Shown here: in pieces, positions 1 to 9,585 of the stretch
Position numbering within the stretch: position 1 is the stretch's first letter
How the letters are laid out: every line of letters starts with the position of its first letter
Assembly (NCBI GenBank): GCA_009838195.1
Contig: VXSC01000002.1
Span: 4,456 to 68,455, forward strand
Reading direction: 5' to 3'
DNA from: Rhodothermaceae bacterium
GTDB taxonomy: Bacteria; Bacteroidota; Rhodothermia; Rhodothermales; Bin80
DNA length: 64,000 bases
The notes under the pieces: generated by a model
What the model was told of the DNA's origin: nothing
Database searches by the model: none
Seen by the model: the letters and a program-made list of their open reading frames with translations, nothing else
Position numbers and translations under genes: made by a program

Positions 1-1557
1 AAATTTATCCGGGTTCCCTTCTTCGAGGAGTTTTTTCGCGTTCTTGAGGTGCTTACGGGCAAAAGGATGGGCTCTGCGGTTTCGGGCCCAGGCAGTATCT
101 GTAGCAAGACGTGTAACTCGACGTCTCAATACAGCCGTAACACTAAGTCCAAGCACAGGAATCAACAGGAGTAGATAAAACCAGGGGTGATGATGAAGGG
201 GCGTACGGTTCACGGTGGTCCACCGGGGATCTCGTTTCAGAAGCGCAATATCATCTACCGGAAATCCCGAGGCCGTAGACGTGACAGCAACCGCAGCAGG
301 AGCGGTACCGGTAATGGTAACAGGATCTAGATCAACAGTACGGACAACATATTCTTCCCGTGACGGATCAAAAAAAACAAATCGAATGGGTGGAACCTGA
401 AAGGTCCCGTTCGAGCGTGGGATCAGAAGCCATGTGAAGGCTTTTTGTCCTCGTATCAATCCTCCACTTTCCGTTTTTGAGATATTGACCTCGGGATCAT
501 AGACCTCGAAGATGCCGGGGAGGTCAGGCTGCGGAGCTTCAATCAGTGCGATATTCCCGAGCCCTTCGACAGCTACCGTGAGCTGCAGCGCCTCACCGAC
601 TTCCAGTTCAGTCTGACTGAGCTCCGCACTGAGTGAATATTGCCCCACCGCACCAGAGAACCCATCCGGTGCTCCGGGTGGAAGTGCTTTGGAGGTGATG
701 CTTATGGTGGGAGAAGCTCGCTCAACCGTCGAGTACGTACGTGAAAACAGAGGGCTGCTGAATGGATCTGCATCCGGGGATTGCACTTCCGCTGCAATCT
801 TGAGCGGATCAATGGAAAGCTCTCCCGGTCGCGTAGGGAAAACCGCAACCCGCCGGATCGAAACCATCTGATAGCGGATCCCATTCTCGACAACTAATTC
901 TGGTGTCGGATTCTCAGAAAGATCCAGTTCTTCGCGCCAGAATCCTTCTGCATCCCAGGAATCAGACTGGCGGCTGTTACGGGGCAAGGTTCCCGGTCGG
1001 AAATACAGCTGGTAGTCAAGGGTGACCTGTTCATTCAGATAGGCTTCTCGACCACTTTGACGTGCACGAATAAAGATGTCCTGTTCGGTCACCTCCGGGG
1101 GAGGTGCTGCAGGGACTGGATCATCAAACAGACTAAATCCTCCAAAGGGAGAGCGCCGCTGCGGCCTCGGTCTCTGCGCCTGTGGGACGACCGTGATTGA
1201 AACCGCAGGCGCACTATAATTTTCATCCCCAATGGTTACACTGGCTTCCAGAATCCGCGCATCTCCTTCTTGCTCAGGTCGGTAGTGCCAGGTATAGCTC
1301 ACGCTACGGGAGACGCGCCCGTTCGTGATGGAGATACTAGTTCCACGTGAGGCTGAGGGGGAAACCAGTACAAGCCCTTCGGCATCAGGAGCACTGGGAT
1401 CCACGATCTCGGAAGCATCCACTCCAGAGATCTCCAACGTGTAGGCTACGGTTTCCTGGTTGCCGATCGTGGGGGAAGAGACTAACCCAGAGACGGTCTG
1501 TGCAACCGAAATGTGGGCTGTGATGGCGAGTCCGACCAAGAAGAGTATACACCGCAT
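1..1557 (-). CDS. batD: BatD-like oxygen-tolerance protein (partial; C-terminus lies beyond window start)
   Basis: Absent from the ORF track because no stop lies inside the window. My translation of the minus strand starts at ATG 1557-1555 with a signal peptide (MRCILFLVGLAITAHISVAQ). It stays open for 519 codons to base 1. A late TM segment (PWFYLLLLIPVLGLSV) is followed by ARKHLKNAKKLLEEG. The gene sits directly downstream of BatC, as in Bacteroides batABCDE. Confidence 0.7.
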   Translation of the reverse strand, partial: MRCILFLVGLAITAHISVAQTVSGLVSSPTIGNQETVAYTLEISGVDASEIVDPSAPDAEGLVLVSPSASRGTSISITNGRVSRSVSYTWHYRPEQEGDARILEASVTIGDENYSAPAVSITVVPQAQRPRPQRRSPFGGFSLFDDPVPAAPPPEVTEQDIFIRARQSGREAYLNEQVTLDYQLYFRPGTLPRNSRQSDSWDAEGFWREELDLSENPTPELVVENGIRYQMVSIRRVAVFPTRPGELSIDPLKIAAEVQSPDADPFSSPLFSRTYSTVERASPTISITSKALPPGAPDGFSGAVGQYSLSAELSQTELEVGEALQLTVAVEGLGNIALIEAPQPDLPGIFEVYDPEVNISKTESGGLIRGQKAFTWLLIPRSNGTFQVPPIRFVFFDPSREEYVVRTVDLDPVTITGTAPAAVAVTSTASGFPVDDIALLKRDPRWTTVNRTPLHHHPWFYLLLLIPVLGLSVTAVLRRRVTRLATDTAWARNRRAHPFARKHLKNAKKLLEEGNPDKF

Positions 1558-1561
1558 GGAG

Positions 1562-2335
1562 TCACCAGTCTTTTGCTACACGCCTGGGGCGTCCTTCTAT
1601 TTTTTGTACTTCCCGCAAAAGCTCTTCCTCCTCATTCTCGAGTGCTTCAAGGATACGTTCGGCCTGTTCCCGTGTCAGAGGAGCTTCACGAGGTTGATTC
1701 TGCTCGTCTTGTTGATCAGGTTGCTCTGAATCATCCTGCCCTTGATCGTTCTGCTCCTGTTGCTGCTCCTGCTCTTGTTCACCTTGTTGGTCTTCATTTT
1801 GCTCCTCGTTCTGTTCTCCTTCCTGGTCTTCGTTTTGTTCATCTTCTTGCTGCTCGTCCCCGCCCGATTCCTGCTGCTGATCTTGCTGCTGTTGTAACTG
1901 CCTGCTTACAAATTCAAAATTAAATTTTGCATCTTCATTGTCTGGATCTGCCAGTAAAGCGGTTTGATAGTGTTCCAGGGCTCTTTCCAGCTGCTGACGG
2001 GTGAATGCATTATTGCCAGCATTAAATGCTGATTTGGTAACAGCGTCGGCATTTGGGGCATGGGCCAAAGCCTCTTCAAATGCGCGGCTAGCATCTTCAA
2101 AATTTTCCTGTCGATGCAGACTCAGGCCTAGATTATTTTGGAGTCCGTAATAAGTCTGGTCAATTCCTTCGGAAGGTTGATAGGATGAAAGTCCCTCTTG
2201 ATACGCAACCTCTGCTTCTTCGTATTGCTCCTGCTTGAGATGGTCATTACCAGCTCTGCCGTGCTGTTTCGGGCCAGATCCAGGGATTACTTGAATCATT
2301 GCCAGGGAAATTCCGAAAATCGCGGTCAATGTCAT
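1562..2335 (-). CDS. batC: BatC-like TPR protein with Gln/Glu/Asp-rich tail
   Basis: 257-aa ORF with an N-terminal hydrophobic segment. TPR-like repeats are present (YYGLQNNLGLSLHRQENFEDASRAFEEAL, ALEHYQTALLADPDNEDAKFNFE). An acidic low-complexity tract of about 80 aa follows. Position between BatB and BatD supports the call. Confidence 0.7.
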   Translation of the reverse strand: MTLTAIFGISLAMIQVIPGSGPKQHGRAGNDHLKQEQYEEAEVAYQEGLSSYQPSEGIDQTYYGLQNNLGLSLHRQENFEDASRAFEEALAHAPNADAVTKSAFNAGNNAFTRQQLERALEHYQTALLADPDNEDAKFNFEFVSRQLQQQQDQQQESGGDEQQEDEQNEDQEGEQNEEQNEDQQGEQEQEQQQEQNDQGQDDSEQPDQQDEQNQPREAPLTREQAERILEALENEEEELLREVQKIEGRPRRVAKDW

Positions 2336-2340
2336 CGGGT

Positions 2341-3375
2341 TTAAATTTCCTGTTTCTTAACTGGGGATCGACGGACAGTAACCAGTCCATCGACACATAA
2401 CAACAATAAAGCCAGTGCCAAAGGCCATTGGTATTTAAGATCGTAGTCTTCAAACTCTTCTTCTGCAAAGCCGACCTGGTGCAGTCCCTCGAGTGCAGGG
2501 ATCAATTGAGAAAGAGAGCTTGATGTGCGGGCAACCTGAAAGTAGGCACCATCCGCACTCAATGCTTTCAGCCCCGCCTCTTCAAGGCGGGAATGGACAA
2601 TCTGTCCCTCAAGATCTCGTTTGTACCCTGTACGCTGCCCGGTTGCGTTGTACACAGGGATCGGCGCCCCATCCATATCACCAACTCCGGCAGTGAACAC
2701 AGTGATCCCTTCATCCCGTGCAGTTGCCAGGATTTCGTCCAGCTCAGCAACGTGGTTTTCCCCATCAGATACAATCAGGAGTGCTTTGGATAGGGTTGCT
2801 TCCGAGTCAATGGTGGCTGAAGGCGCATCAAAGGCTTGGATAGCCATTTGCATAGCTGCACCAAAATCTGTGCCGGGAGTGGGTAAGAGGTCTGGGTTTG
2901 CAACATCAAGAAACAGACGTACAGCACTGTAGTCCGTTGTCAGAGGGCACTGGATAAAAGCATCTCCAGCAAAGATGACCAGTCCAACACGATCACCACG
3001 GAGCTCACTCAGGAGTCGTTTAATTTCATTGCGCGCTCGGCCTAATCGGTTCGGTGCCACATCCTCGGCCAGCATCGAGGCCGATACATCCAGTGCGATG
3101 ACCAGATCAATTCCTTCCCGCTTGATTTCACGCAACTGCGTGCCTACCTGAGGTCCAGCAAGCGCAAGGGACAGCAGTGCAACAGCGGTCACCATGATTG
3201 AGGCTTTGTAGCGCCGTCGTCGTCCGCTGACACTTTTGGAGAGCCTGCGCACGAGCGCAATATCTCCAAAGCGGATTTGCAATGCACGGCGTCTCCAGGC
3301 CGCATAAAGACTGAGCGCAATCACAATGGGCACCGCCCAGAGTATCCAAAGATGTGACTCATAAAGCCAGGCCAT
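2341..3375 (-). CDS. batB: BatB-like von Willebrand factor A domain membrane protein
   Basis: 344-aa ORF with N-terminal TM helices. The VWA/MIDAS pattern is present (IALDVSASM ... VSDGENH). The start codon shares base 3375 with the BatA stop. Confidence 0.8.
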   Translation of the reverse strand: MAWLYESHLWILWAVPIVIALSLYAAWRRRALQIRFGDIALVRRLSKSVSGRRRRYKASIMVTAVALLSLALAGPQVGTQLREIKREGIDLVIALDVSASMLAEDVAPNRLGRARNEIKRLLSELRGDRVGLVIFAGDAFIQCPLTTDYSAVRLFLDVANPDLLPTPGTDFGAAMQMAIQAFDAPSATIDSEATLSKALLIVSDGENHVAELDEILATARDEGITVFTAGVGDMDGAPIPVYNATGQRTGYKRDLEGQIVHSRLEEAGLKALSADGAYFQVARTSSSLSQLIPALEGLHQVGFAEEEFEDYDLKYQWPLALALLLLCVDGLVTVRRSPVKKQEI

Positions 3376-4364
3376 CAGGGGAAGCGTCGGAGTAATGTTG
3401 TGTTGAGAAAAATTTCAATCAGGACAAGAAGTAGTCCAGGAAATAAGAAACGAATGTAGCGTTCCTCATAGTCTGTATAAATACGCGTTTCGATCTCGGT
3501 TTTCTCCAATTCACCGATCTGTCCATAGATTTCACGGAGTGCCTCTTCATTCGTGGCGCGAAAGTATTGCCCACCGGTTCCCTGAGCAATTGAACGCAGC
3601 ATATCCTCGTCAATTTCCACCGGCACCATCTGGCGCTGTCTCCCTCCAAAGGGACGGTCAACGACAAACGGAGCTTCTCCATAGGCTCCTACACCAATCG
3701 CATAGATACGGACTCCCAGTGTCGCTGCAACCTCGGAAGCTGTTACCGGGTCAATTTCTCCGCGGTTATTTTGCCCATCGGTTAGCAGAATGATGATTTT
3801 ACTCTCTGCAACGGTATCTTTCAGCCGGTTTACTGCCGTAGCCAGTGCGGTCCCAATCGCTGTGCCATCTTGAATGATTCCGACCTCTACCTCGGCCAGC
3901 ATACGTTGGAGGAACTGATAGTCCAGGGTTAGTGGTGCCTGCGTGTAGGCTTTTGCTGCAAACACGATCAGACCAATTCGGTCCGACATTCGTCCGTCAA
4001 TAAATTCAGAGGCGACCTCACGGGCAGCTTCGAAGCGGTTCGGTCTAAAGTCCTCTGCACGCATACTGGTGGACGTATCCAGGACGAGGACAATATCGAC
4101 ACCTTCCGCATAACGCTCTTGGGTTACTTCCCGAATCTGGGGACGCGCCAGTGCCAATATGCACAGCGCCATAGCTCCCATGCGAAGCAATGGTGGCAGG
4201 ATAGAGGCATAAACCCGAAGTCCACGCGGAGCGTTTTGTGCTGCTCTTGTATTGCTGAAGACAAGCCCTGGCGTACGTCGGCTTCGGAACCAGCTCAACA
4301 GCCCATAGGCAGGGACCAGGATCAAGAGAAATAACCATTGTGGCTGAGCAAACTCCATGATCAC
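3375..4364 (-). CDS. batA: BatA-like von Willebrand factor A domain membrane protein
   Basis: 329-aa ORF with N-terminal TM helices. The VWA/MIDAS pattern is present (LVLDTSTSM ... LTDGQNN) and there is a C-terminal TM. It overlaps the upstream gene by 4 nt. Confidence 0.8.
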   Translation of the reverse strand: MIMEFAQPQWLFLLILVPAYGLLSWFRSRRTPGLVFSNTRAAQNAPRGLRVYASILPPLLRMGAMALCILALARPQIREVTQERYAEGVDIVLVLDTSTSMRAEDFRPNRFEAAREVASEFIDGRMSDRIGLIVFAAKAYTQAPLTLDYQFLQRMLAEVEVGIIQDGTAIGTALATAVNRLKDTVAESKIIILLTDGQNNRGEIDPVTASEVAATLGVRIYAIGVGAYGEAPFVVDRPFGGRQRQMVPVEIDEDMLRSIAQGTGGQYFRATNEEALREIYGQIGELEKTEIETRIYTDYEERYIRFLFPGLLLVLIEIFLNTTLLRRFP

Positions 4365-5332
4365 GAACCAGCTTTCACAAATTTTTCGCTCGCAGCGCGC
4401 TGATCAAACTTGATTTCAATACGCTGAACAACGGTTACGGCTTCCTCTAATGCAGTTCGGCCCTCAGGGATTGAAGGGGTTACATCTGCGAACTTAACCA
4501 GATCAGAAAGAGACAAGATTTGATTCAGTTGCTCCGGGATGCCTGCAGGGATTTGATGCTGAACATTTGGATGAACCAGATCCTGGATGAGCTCCGTTGT
4601 TGTGGATTCCAGTGCTGGAATCAGCAGCCGATCTTCTACATAAGTGCGCAGGGTATCCGAAAGTTCTACATAATAGGCTTCTACCTGTACTCGCTTGGTA
4701 AGCGGAGTGTTCTCGAGTGCACTCAGGCGCTCTAGAGCGACGGCGGAAGGGGAAGGCAGATCAAAGTCTTCCATCTCAGTCACCGGAAGGGGATCAGGTT
4801 GTCGCCGCCGCCAGATCATGTACCAAGTCAGGGCGGCTACAATCAGGACAGCAAAACCAAGAAGCACGTATGGCCATAGGGGACGGCCAAATTCGACAGG
4901 AGATGCCATATCGCGGATCCCTGCGGCATCCTGTGGAACCAGAGATGTTACACGTAACTCCCGTTCAGGTGTGGCAGCGGTTACCGTATTACCGCCAAAC
5001 CCGATGATGAGTGGTGCTAAGCGGGCAGTATCCAGAGCGAACGTAGTCACCTCGTATACGGCGCTGTCTAGGCGTATATCCGCATCCATGAACCGTGTAC
5101 CGGCCGATATGAGATCAACGGGAAGGATATCACCAAAAGCGGAATCGGTACTCGGGAACGAGGGCATCTCATCAAACCCGTGCAAGGCGATCAGAGTAAG
5201 GGTAAAACGATCTCCCACGTAGACACTGTCCTCAGATAGATAGGCATCCACACGTTGTGCCTGCGCGGTGTCAAGTTGACTCACAAAGGCGGTTGATAAA
5301 GCCAGTGTGACGTACAGATACAATCTACTCAT
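4361..5332 (-). CDS. Bat-operon membrane protein (DUF4381-like)
   Basis: Start trimmed to the internal ATG at 5332, which gives a signal peptide (MSRLYLYVTLALSTAFVSQLDTAQAQ). There is a central TM (LWPYVLLGFAVLIVAALTWYMIW). The C-terminal part resembles the proteins usually found between DUF58 and batA. Family assignment is from memory only. Confidence 0.5.
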   Translation of the reverse strand: MSRLYLYVTLALSTAFVSQLDTAQAQRVDAYLSEDSVYVGDRFTLTLIALHGFDEMPSFPSTDSAFGDILPVDLISAGTRFMDADIRLDSAVYEVTTFALDTARLAPLIIGFGGNTVTAATPERELRVTSLVPQDAAGIRDMASPVEFGRPLWPYVLLGFAVLIVAALTWYMIWRRRQPDPLPVTEMEDFDLPSPSAVALERLSALENTPLTKRVQVEAYYVELSDTLRTYVEDRLLIPALESTTTELIQDLVHPNVQHQIPAGIPEQLNQILSLSDLVKFADVTPSIPEGRTALEEAVTVVQRIEIKFDQRAASEKFVKAGS

Positions 5333-6213
5333 CAGGCAACCTGCGCACGTGCACGAAAAAATTTCGCCAGTGGATCCACGAAGTCTTCTCCGCACTTGAT
5401 TTCAACGTAATCAACACGTGCTCTACGAAAAAGTACTTTGAGCCGCTCATGTGTTTGTGTCGAGGAATGTTGAAATGTGTCTCGTACTGCTCGGCTTCCC
5501 GTGTCCAGTGACCGGGACTGATTGGTTTCGGGGTCGTACAGGGTCACAAGGCCCAATGGGGGAAGTACCTGTTCTCTGGGATCCGTGAGGTGCACTGCAA
5601 CGGTATCATGCCGACGTGAGACCATCCGTAGTGATCGCTCGAAGCCTTCGCCTTCGTCAAAGAAATCACTCACCAGCAGTACGATGGATCGACGGCGAAT
5701 AACATGCAGGATATGATCCAGAGCGCTTTGCAGTGCGGTGCCGGAAGACTGTGGCTTGTGAGCAAACAGGTCACGCACGAGGCGCAGTACGTGTCGACGT
5801 CCGCTCTTTGGCGGCACAAAGAGTTCGACCTGATCCGAGAATAGCAAGAGCCCGACCTTATCGTTGTTTTTGATGGCGCTAAACCCCAGGACTGCACAAA
5901 TCTCTGCAGCAATCTCCCGTTTAAACTTGTCACGGCTTCCAAAATCGCTGGATCCTGAGATATCCACTACAAGCAATAATGTCTGTTCACGCTCTTCTTC
6001 AAAGATTTTCACGAAAGCTTCGCCCGTCCGTGCGGTCACATTCCAGTCAATGGTTCGAATATCATCTCCAAACTGATAGGAGCGCACCTCAGAAAATTCA
6101 ATGCCACGCCCCTTAAAGGCCGAATGGTATTCTCCACCGAAAACGTTATTCACCAGGCCTTTCGTACGTATTTCTATTCGCCGAATCTTGGCGAAAAGTT
6201 CGCGTGGAATCAT
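5332..6213 (-). CDS. DUF58 domain protein (MoxR-associated VWA-like)
   Basis: Start trimmed to ATG 6213 (MIPRELFAKIRRIEIRTKG). The 63-codon upstream extension in the track overlaps the divergent yceI region. DUF58-type blocks are present: GEYHSAFKGRGIEFSEVRSYQFGDDIRTIDW and LLLVVDISGSSDFG. Confidence 0.8.
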   Translation of the reverse strand: MIPRELFAKIRRIEIRTKGLVNNVFGGEYHSAFKGRGIEFSEVRSYQFGDDIRTIDWNVTARTGEAFVKIFEEEREQTLLLVVDISGSSDFGSRDKFKREIAAEICAVLGFSAIKNNDKVGLLLFSDQVELFVPPKSGRRHVLRLVRDLFAHKPQSSGTALQSALDHILHVIRRRSIVLLVSDFFDEGEGFERSLRMVSRRHDTVAVHLTDPREQVLPPLGLVTLYDPETNQSRSLDTGSRAVRDTFQHSSTQTHERLKVLFRRARVDYVEIKCGEDFVDPLAKFFRARAQVA

Positions 6214-6329
6214 GAGCAGATGAAATATCGGGAAAGAACGATTTTGTGCGTAAAATGTTGATCCGACAGGCGGGAATCCTAAGTGCAGGATCCGAGTTAC
6301 AGCGTTTTTCCAGCCATCTACCACATCCG

Positions 6330-6917
6330 ATGAAAATTCGCGCTTTGCTTTTCGCTTCCCTACTTCTTGTGGCTTTTTCAATCCCCACAGAAGAGCCCTC
6401 ATCCTGGTCTATTGATGTAGCCCACTCGAGTATCTCGTTTAAGGTGCGCCATTTGGGTATTTCGAATGTTCGCGGTGAATTCCTTACCTACGATGCAGAA
6501 ATCTTAATGGATGGTACTGATTTGAGTACCTTGGCGGTGGATGCCACCATCGAAACCACAAGCATTGATACGGGGAATGAACGTCGGGATAATCATTTGC
6601 GCTCGGATGATTTCTTTGGAGCGGAAGAGTTTCCAAACATGACGTTTACCAGCACGGGAGTTACGGAAGTTGATGGCGATGAATTCCTTTTAGCCGGGGA
6701 CCTGACCATCAGAGATGTAACCAAATCTATTGTCCTGGAAGGCGAGTTTCTTGGAACCGCCACGATGGGCGACTCGGAACGCGCTGGATTCGAGGCAACC
6801 GCAACGGTCAACCGGAAAGAATTCAATCTGTCCTGGGATCGACTGACGGAAGCCGGGGGGTTTGTCGTAGGGCATGATGTTGAGATCATTCTTGAGTTAG
6901 AATTGATCAAAGACTAA
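6330..6917 (+). CDS. YceI-like polyisoprenoid-binding periplasmic protein
   Basis: Start trimmed to [17 protein letters not shown] (signal peptide). The YceI-type block [26 protein letters not shown] and [13 protein letters not shown] are present. Confidence 0.8.
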   Translation: MKIRALLFASLLLVAFSIPTEEPSSWSIDVAHSSISFKVRHLGISNVRGEFLTYDAEILMDGTDLSTLAVDATIETTSIDTGNERRDNHLRSDDFFGAEEFPNMTFTSTGVTEVDGDEFLLAGDLTIRDVTKSIVLEGEFLGTATMGDSERAGFEATATVNRKEFNLSWDRLTEAGGFVVGHDVEIILELELIKD

Positions 6918-6925
6918 CAGGGCCG

Positions 6926-7615
6926 ATGCGAGTAGGCGTCATTGTTTTCCCAGGCTCAAATTGTGACCACGACGCCTATCACGTTGCACGACATGTGTTT
7001 GGTCTTGAGACGACCTTCATCTGGCACAAAGAGCGCCATCTACCGCCGGTTGACTTGGTGATTGTGCCTGGTGGCTTTTCCTATGGAGACTATCTCCGTG
7101 CGGGAGCCGTCGCTCGGTTTTCATTCATTATGGACAGCGTGGTGCGTTTTGCAGAACGGGGAGGCCTTGTCCTTGGAATTTGTAACGGGTTCCAAATCCT
7201 GTGTGAATGTGGACTCCTGCCGGGTGTGTTGCTTTCTAACGCCTCGGTTCGGTTTGTTTGCAAGTGGGTGCACCTGCGTACGGACAATGTTGATGTTCCC
7301 TTTACGAGCACCGCAGAATTGGGACAGATCCTGAGGCTTCCTGTGGCTCACGGCGAGGGAAACTACTTTGCGGAGGCGTCGGAATTGGTTGAATTAGAGC
7401 GTAATGGACAGGTCGTATTCCGGTATACAACACCGGAGGGTGAGGTCACACCAGGGGCAAATCCCAATGGGTCATCCAATAATATTGCGGGGATTGTCAA
7501 TCGGGAAGGAAACGTGTTGGGCATGATGCCTCATCCGGAGCGTGCTGCCGAGAATGTCTTGGGAGGCTGCGATGGAGCGGTATTGTTTCGAAGTCTCATG
7601 GGTGTAACTGCCTGA
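6926..7615 (+). CDS. purQ: Phosphoribosylformylglycinamidine synthase subunit PurQ (glutamine amidotransferase)
   Basis: 229 aa starting [16 protein letters not shown]. Also carries [13 protein letters not shown], the nucleophile Cys in GICNGFQIL, and HGEGNY ... MMPHPER. Confidence 0.9.
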   Translation: MRVGVIVFPGSNCDHDAYHVARHVFGLETTFIWHKERHLPPVDLVIVPGGFSYGDYLRAGAVARFSFIMDSVVRFAERGGLVLGICNGFQILCECGLLPGVLLSNASVRFVCKWVHLRTDNVDVPFTSTAELGQILRLPVAHGEGNYFAEASELVELERNGQVVFRYTTPEGEVTPGANPNGSSNNIAGIVNREGNVLGMMPHPERAAENVLGGCDGAVLFRSLMGVTA

Positions 7616-8217
7616 TGTTTTTCGGATTGGATGCCCCGATCACACTACTGCTACTCGTCTCCATCGTAATGGTGAGTGGGTTTGCTCTCTTTGGGAACCC
7701 ACTTTTGATTGATCGTCTGGGGTTTCGGCCGACGCGGGTGACCAAAGAATCCTATCGCTATATCACAGGGGGATTTGTGCATGTATCCCTGACGCACTTG
7801 CTTTTCAATGCGATCACGCTGTATTTCTTTGGCCCATTGCTGGAACTCCGTTTAGGAAGTATAGAGTATTTGATTCTGTACATGGGATCCCTATTGTGTG
7901 CGCATGCCCTGACCCATGTTCAGCATCGGCACAACAGTGCCTATAATGCGGTTGGGGCAAGCGGGGCAATCAGTGGCGTGCTGTTCGCGTATGTGTTATT
8001 TGCTCCGTACGACATGATCTATTTCTTTGGGATTGTGCCTATTCCGGCAATTCTTTTTGCGTTTCTGTTCGTAGCGGGGAGTATTTACGCAATGAGGAGT
8101 GGGAGATCGTTCGGGATTGCACATGAAGCCCATCTGGGTGGTGCGATCGGGGGTGCACTATTGACTGTAATGCTTGAGCCGCGCGTATTCCCTTCATTCC
8201 TTGATCAACTTATCTAA
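7615..8217 (+). CDS. Rhomboid-family intramembrane serine protease
   Basis: 200 aa and polytopic. Carries GGFVHVSLTHLLFN, the catalytic GASGAISG motif and a downstream HEAHLGGAIGG. The ATG overlaps the purQ stop (TGATG). Confidence 0.8.
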   Translation: MFFGLDAPITLLLLVSIVMVSGFALFGNPLLIDRLGFRPTRVTKESYRYITGGFVHVSLTHLLFNAITLYFFGPLLELRLGSIEYLILYMGSLLCAHALTHVQHRHNSAYNAVGASGAISGVLFAYVLFAPYDMIYFFGIVPIPAILFAFLFVAGSIYAMRSGRSFGIAHEAHLGGAIGGALLTVMLEPRVFPSFLDQLI

Positions 8218-8357
8218 GCCACTGGGCATAAGATCGAACTGAAAAAAAACCTGGATTCCAGAGTGTCATCATCCTGATTGACAATGACCGCAGAACTTTT
8301 TTCGTCGCAAAATAGTCGGCAAATACTAGCCCGATTCGACGACATGCAGATGATGTT

Positions 8358-8933
8358 GTGGGCACAAATCAAAATACGGGTCACCGGATGACATTTGCTT
8401 TCACACGTGAACGGCGTTTGTGGACGGCAGCAGCATTGATCGTGCTAGCCATCTACTTCACCCTGGGCCTGACAGTAGAATGGCTTCGGTTATTGCAAGC
8501 CAGCGGCTGGGGTGCGGGGGTGTTTTTGCTCGGCTGCTGTGTGCTCCTTGTCACTGTTGTTACTCGGGGGATGATGGCAATTCCGAGTCGAAAGGAGGTC
8601 GTCGTTGCAATAGGGATCGCGATACTCTATTCCGTAACGCTCTCCTACATCGAGCATCCAGAAGAGCGAATCCATGTGATTATGTACGGGGTAGTGGCGT
8701 TGTTGATTTATGCGGCATTACTGGAACGCTCGGTGCATGGAAGGCGAATCACCACGGTCTCCATCGTGGTCGTTGCCGTTACAACCGCTCTGGGTTCAAT
8801 TGACGAAGTGCTTCAGTTCGTACTGCCGAATCGTGTGTTCGATGTGCATGATATCCTATACAACATACTGGCTTCGGTCATGGCGGTGATCTCGAACGGA
8901 TCCCTCAGGTGGGTGAGGGGGCAATCCGTTTAA
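8358..8933 (+). CDS. VanZ-like membrane protein
   Basis: 191-aa polytopic protein with a C-terminal block DEVLQFVLPNRVFDVHDILYNILA typical of the VanZ family. The start is uncertain; the alternative is ATG 8388. Confidence 0.55.
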   Translation: MGTNQNTGHRMTFAFTRERRLWTAAALIVLAIYFTLGLTVEWLRLLQASGWGAGVFLLGCCVLLVTVVTRGMMAIPSRKEVVVAIGIAILYSVTLSYIEHPEERIHVIMYGVVALLIYAALLERSVHGRRITTVSIVVVAVTTALGSIDEVLQFVLPNRVFDVHDILYNILASVMAVISNGSLRWVRGQSV

Positions 8934-9236
8934 CAGGTTTAGGCCCGCGAGCAAATAACTCGTTCAGGTGCTGTCACGATGTGCCAAAGATTGGCATTTC
9001 GGATGTGCTAGGATGATGTAGCCCCTCGACCCACAGTATAGTTTGATTGTATCCCAGAATGACGTTCGGTGACAGAGATACCAAATCTCTACATGCGCTG
9101 TGGAAACCTCCTTTTTGTGTCAGCAGACTCATCTCAACACACGGATCCCTCGGGAATATCGTTTTCGTCCGTTTTATGGATGGCATTCGAACTTTTGGCG
9201 ATTTTCATCATATACTCAAACATCACAAATAATAAA

Positions 9237-9291
9237 ATAATAGTATTTTTATGTATTTATCAAGATAAATAATACTATGATAGTATTTATT
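9237..9291 (+). promoter_or_regulatory. AT-rich palindromic operator candidate overlapping the hipB start codon
   Basis: A perfect 15-bp palindrome ATACTAT-G-ATAGTAT lies at 9272-9286, centred on the G of the hipB ATG (9277-9279). The half-site TAGTATTT occurs at 9241-9248 and again at 9281-9288. This is the most AT-rich stretch I saw in this window. Confidence 0.45.
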
Positions 9292-9585
9292 ACACCTACA
9301 AAAGCGAAAATAGCGCTTGCCGAAAACATGAGAGAGCGTCGCCTCGCGCTCAATCTGACACAAGCTGGTCTTAGCGAACGTTCGGGGGTCGCCTTAGGTA
9401 CTCTCAGAAAATTTGAGCAAAGCGGTGCTATATCGATTGACAATTTGTTGAAGCTGATGCTGGTCGTTGGAGGTCTGAGGAAAATCGTAGAGGCGAGCGC
9501 ACCGGACCAAGAAACGTTCTCATCCATTGACGATGTTTTGTCCGGCAATTCTCGCCCCATGCGCAAACGGGGGTCACATTCATGA
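9277..9585 (+). CDS. hipB: XRE-family HTH antitoxin (HipB-like)
   Basis: 102 aa with an HTH_3-type core (RRLALNLTQAGLSERSGVALGTLRKFEQSG). It overlaps hipA by ATGA (9582-9585). Confidence 0.7.
   Translation: MIVFITPTKAKIALAENMRERRLALNLTQAGLSERSGVALGTLRKFEQSGAISIDNLLKLMLVVGGLRKIVEASAPDQETFSSIDDVLSGNSRPMRKRGSHS

Noticed and set aside
4695-5222. 175-aa plus-strand ORF antisense to the Bat-operon membrane protein
   Set aside because: It is Arg/Ser-rich with no motifs and is fully antisense to a gene with clear signal-peptide/TM features and operon context. It is a typical shadow ORF. The same reasoning applies to 12402-12812, 16839-17297, 18952-19416, 25553-26089, 43349-43780, 48973-49473, 55700-56128, 56483-56950, 58508-59056 and 63504-63941.
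6214-6402. N-terminal extensions of the DUF58 ORF (to 6402) and of the yceI-like ORF (from 6246) that overlap each other
   Set aside because: Both are artefacts of taking the leftmost start. The internal ATGs (6213 and 6330) give a conserved DUF58 N-terminus and a proper signal peptide respectively. They leave a 116-bp divergent promoter spacer.
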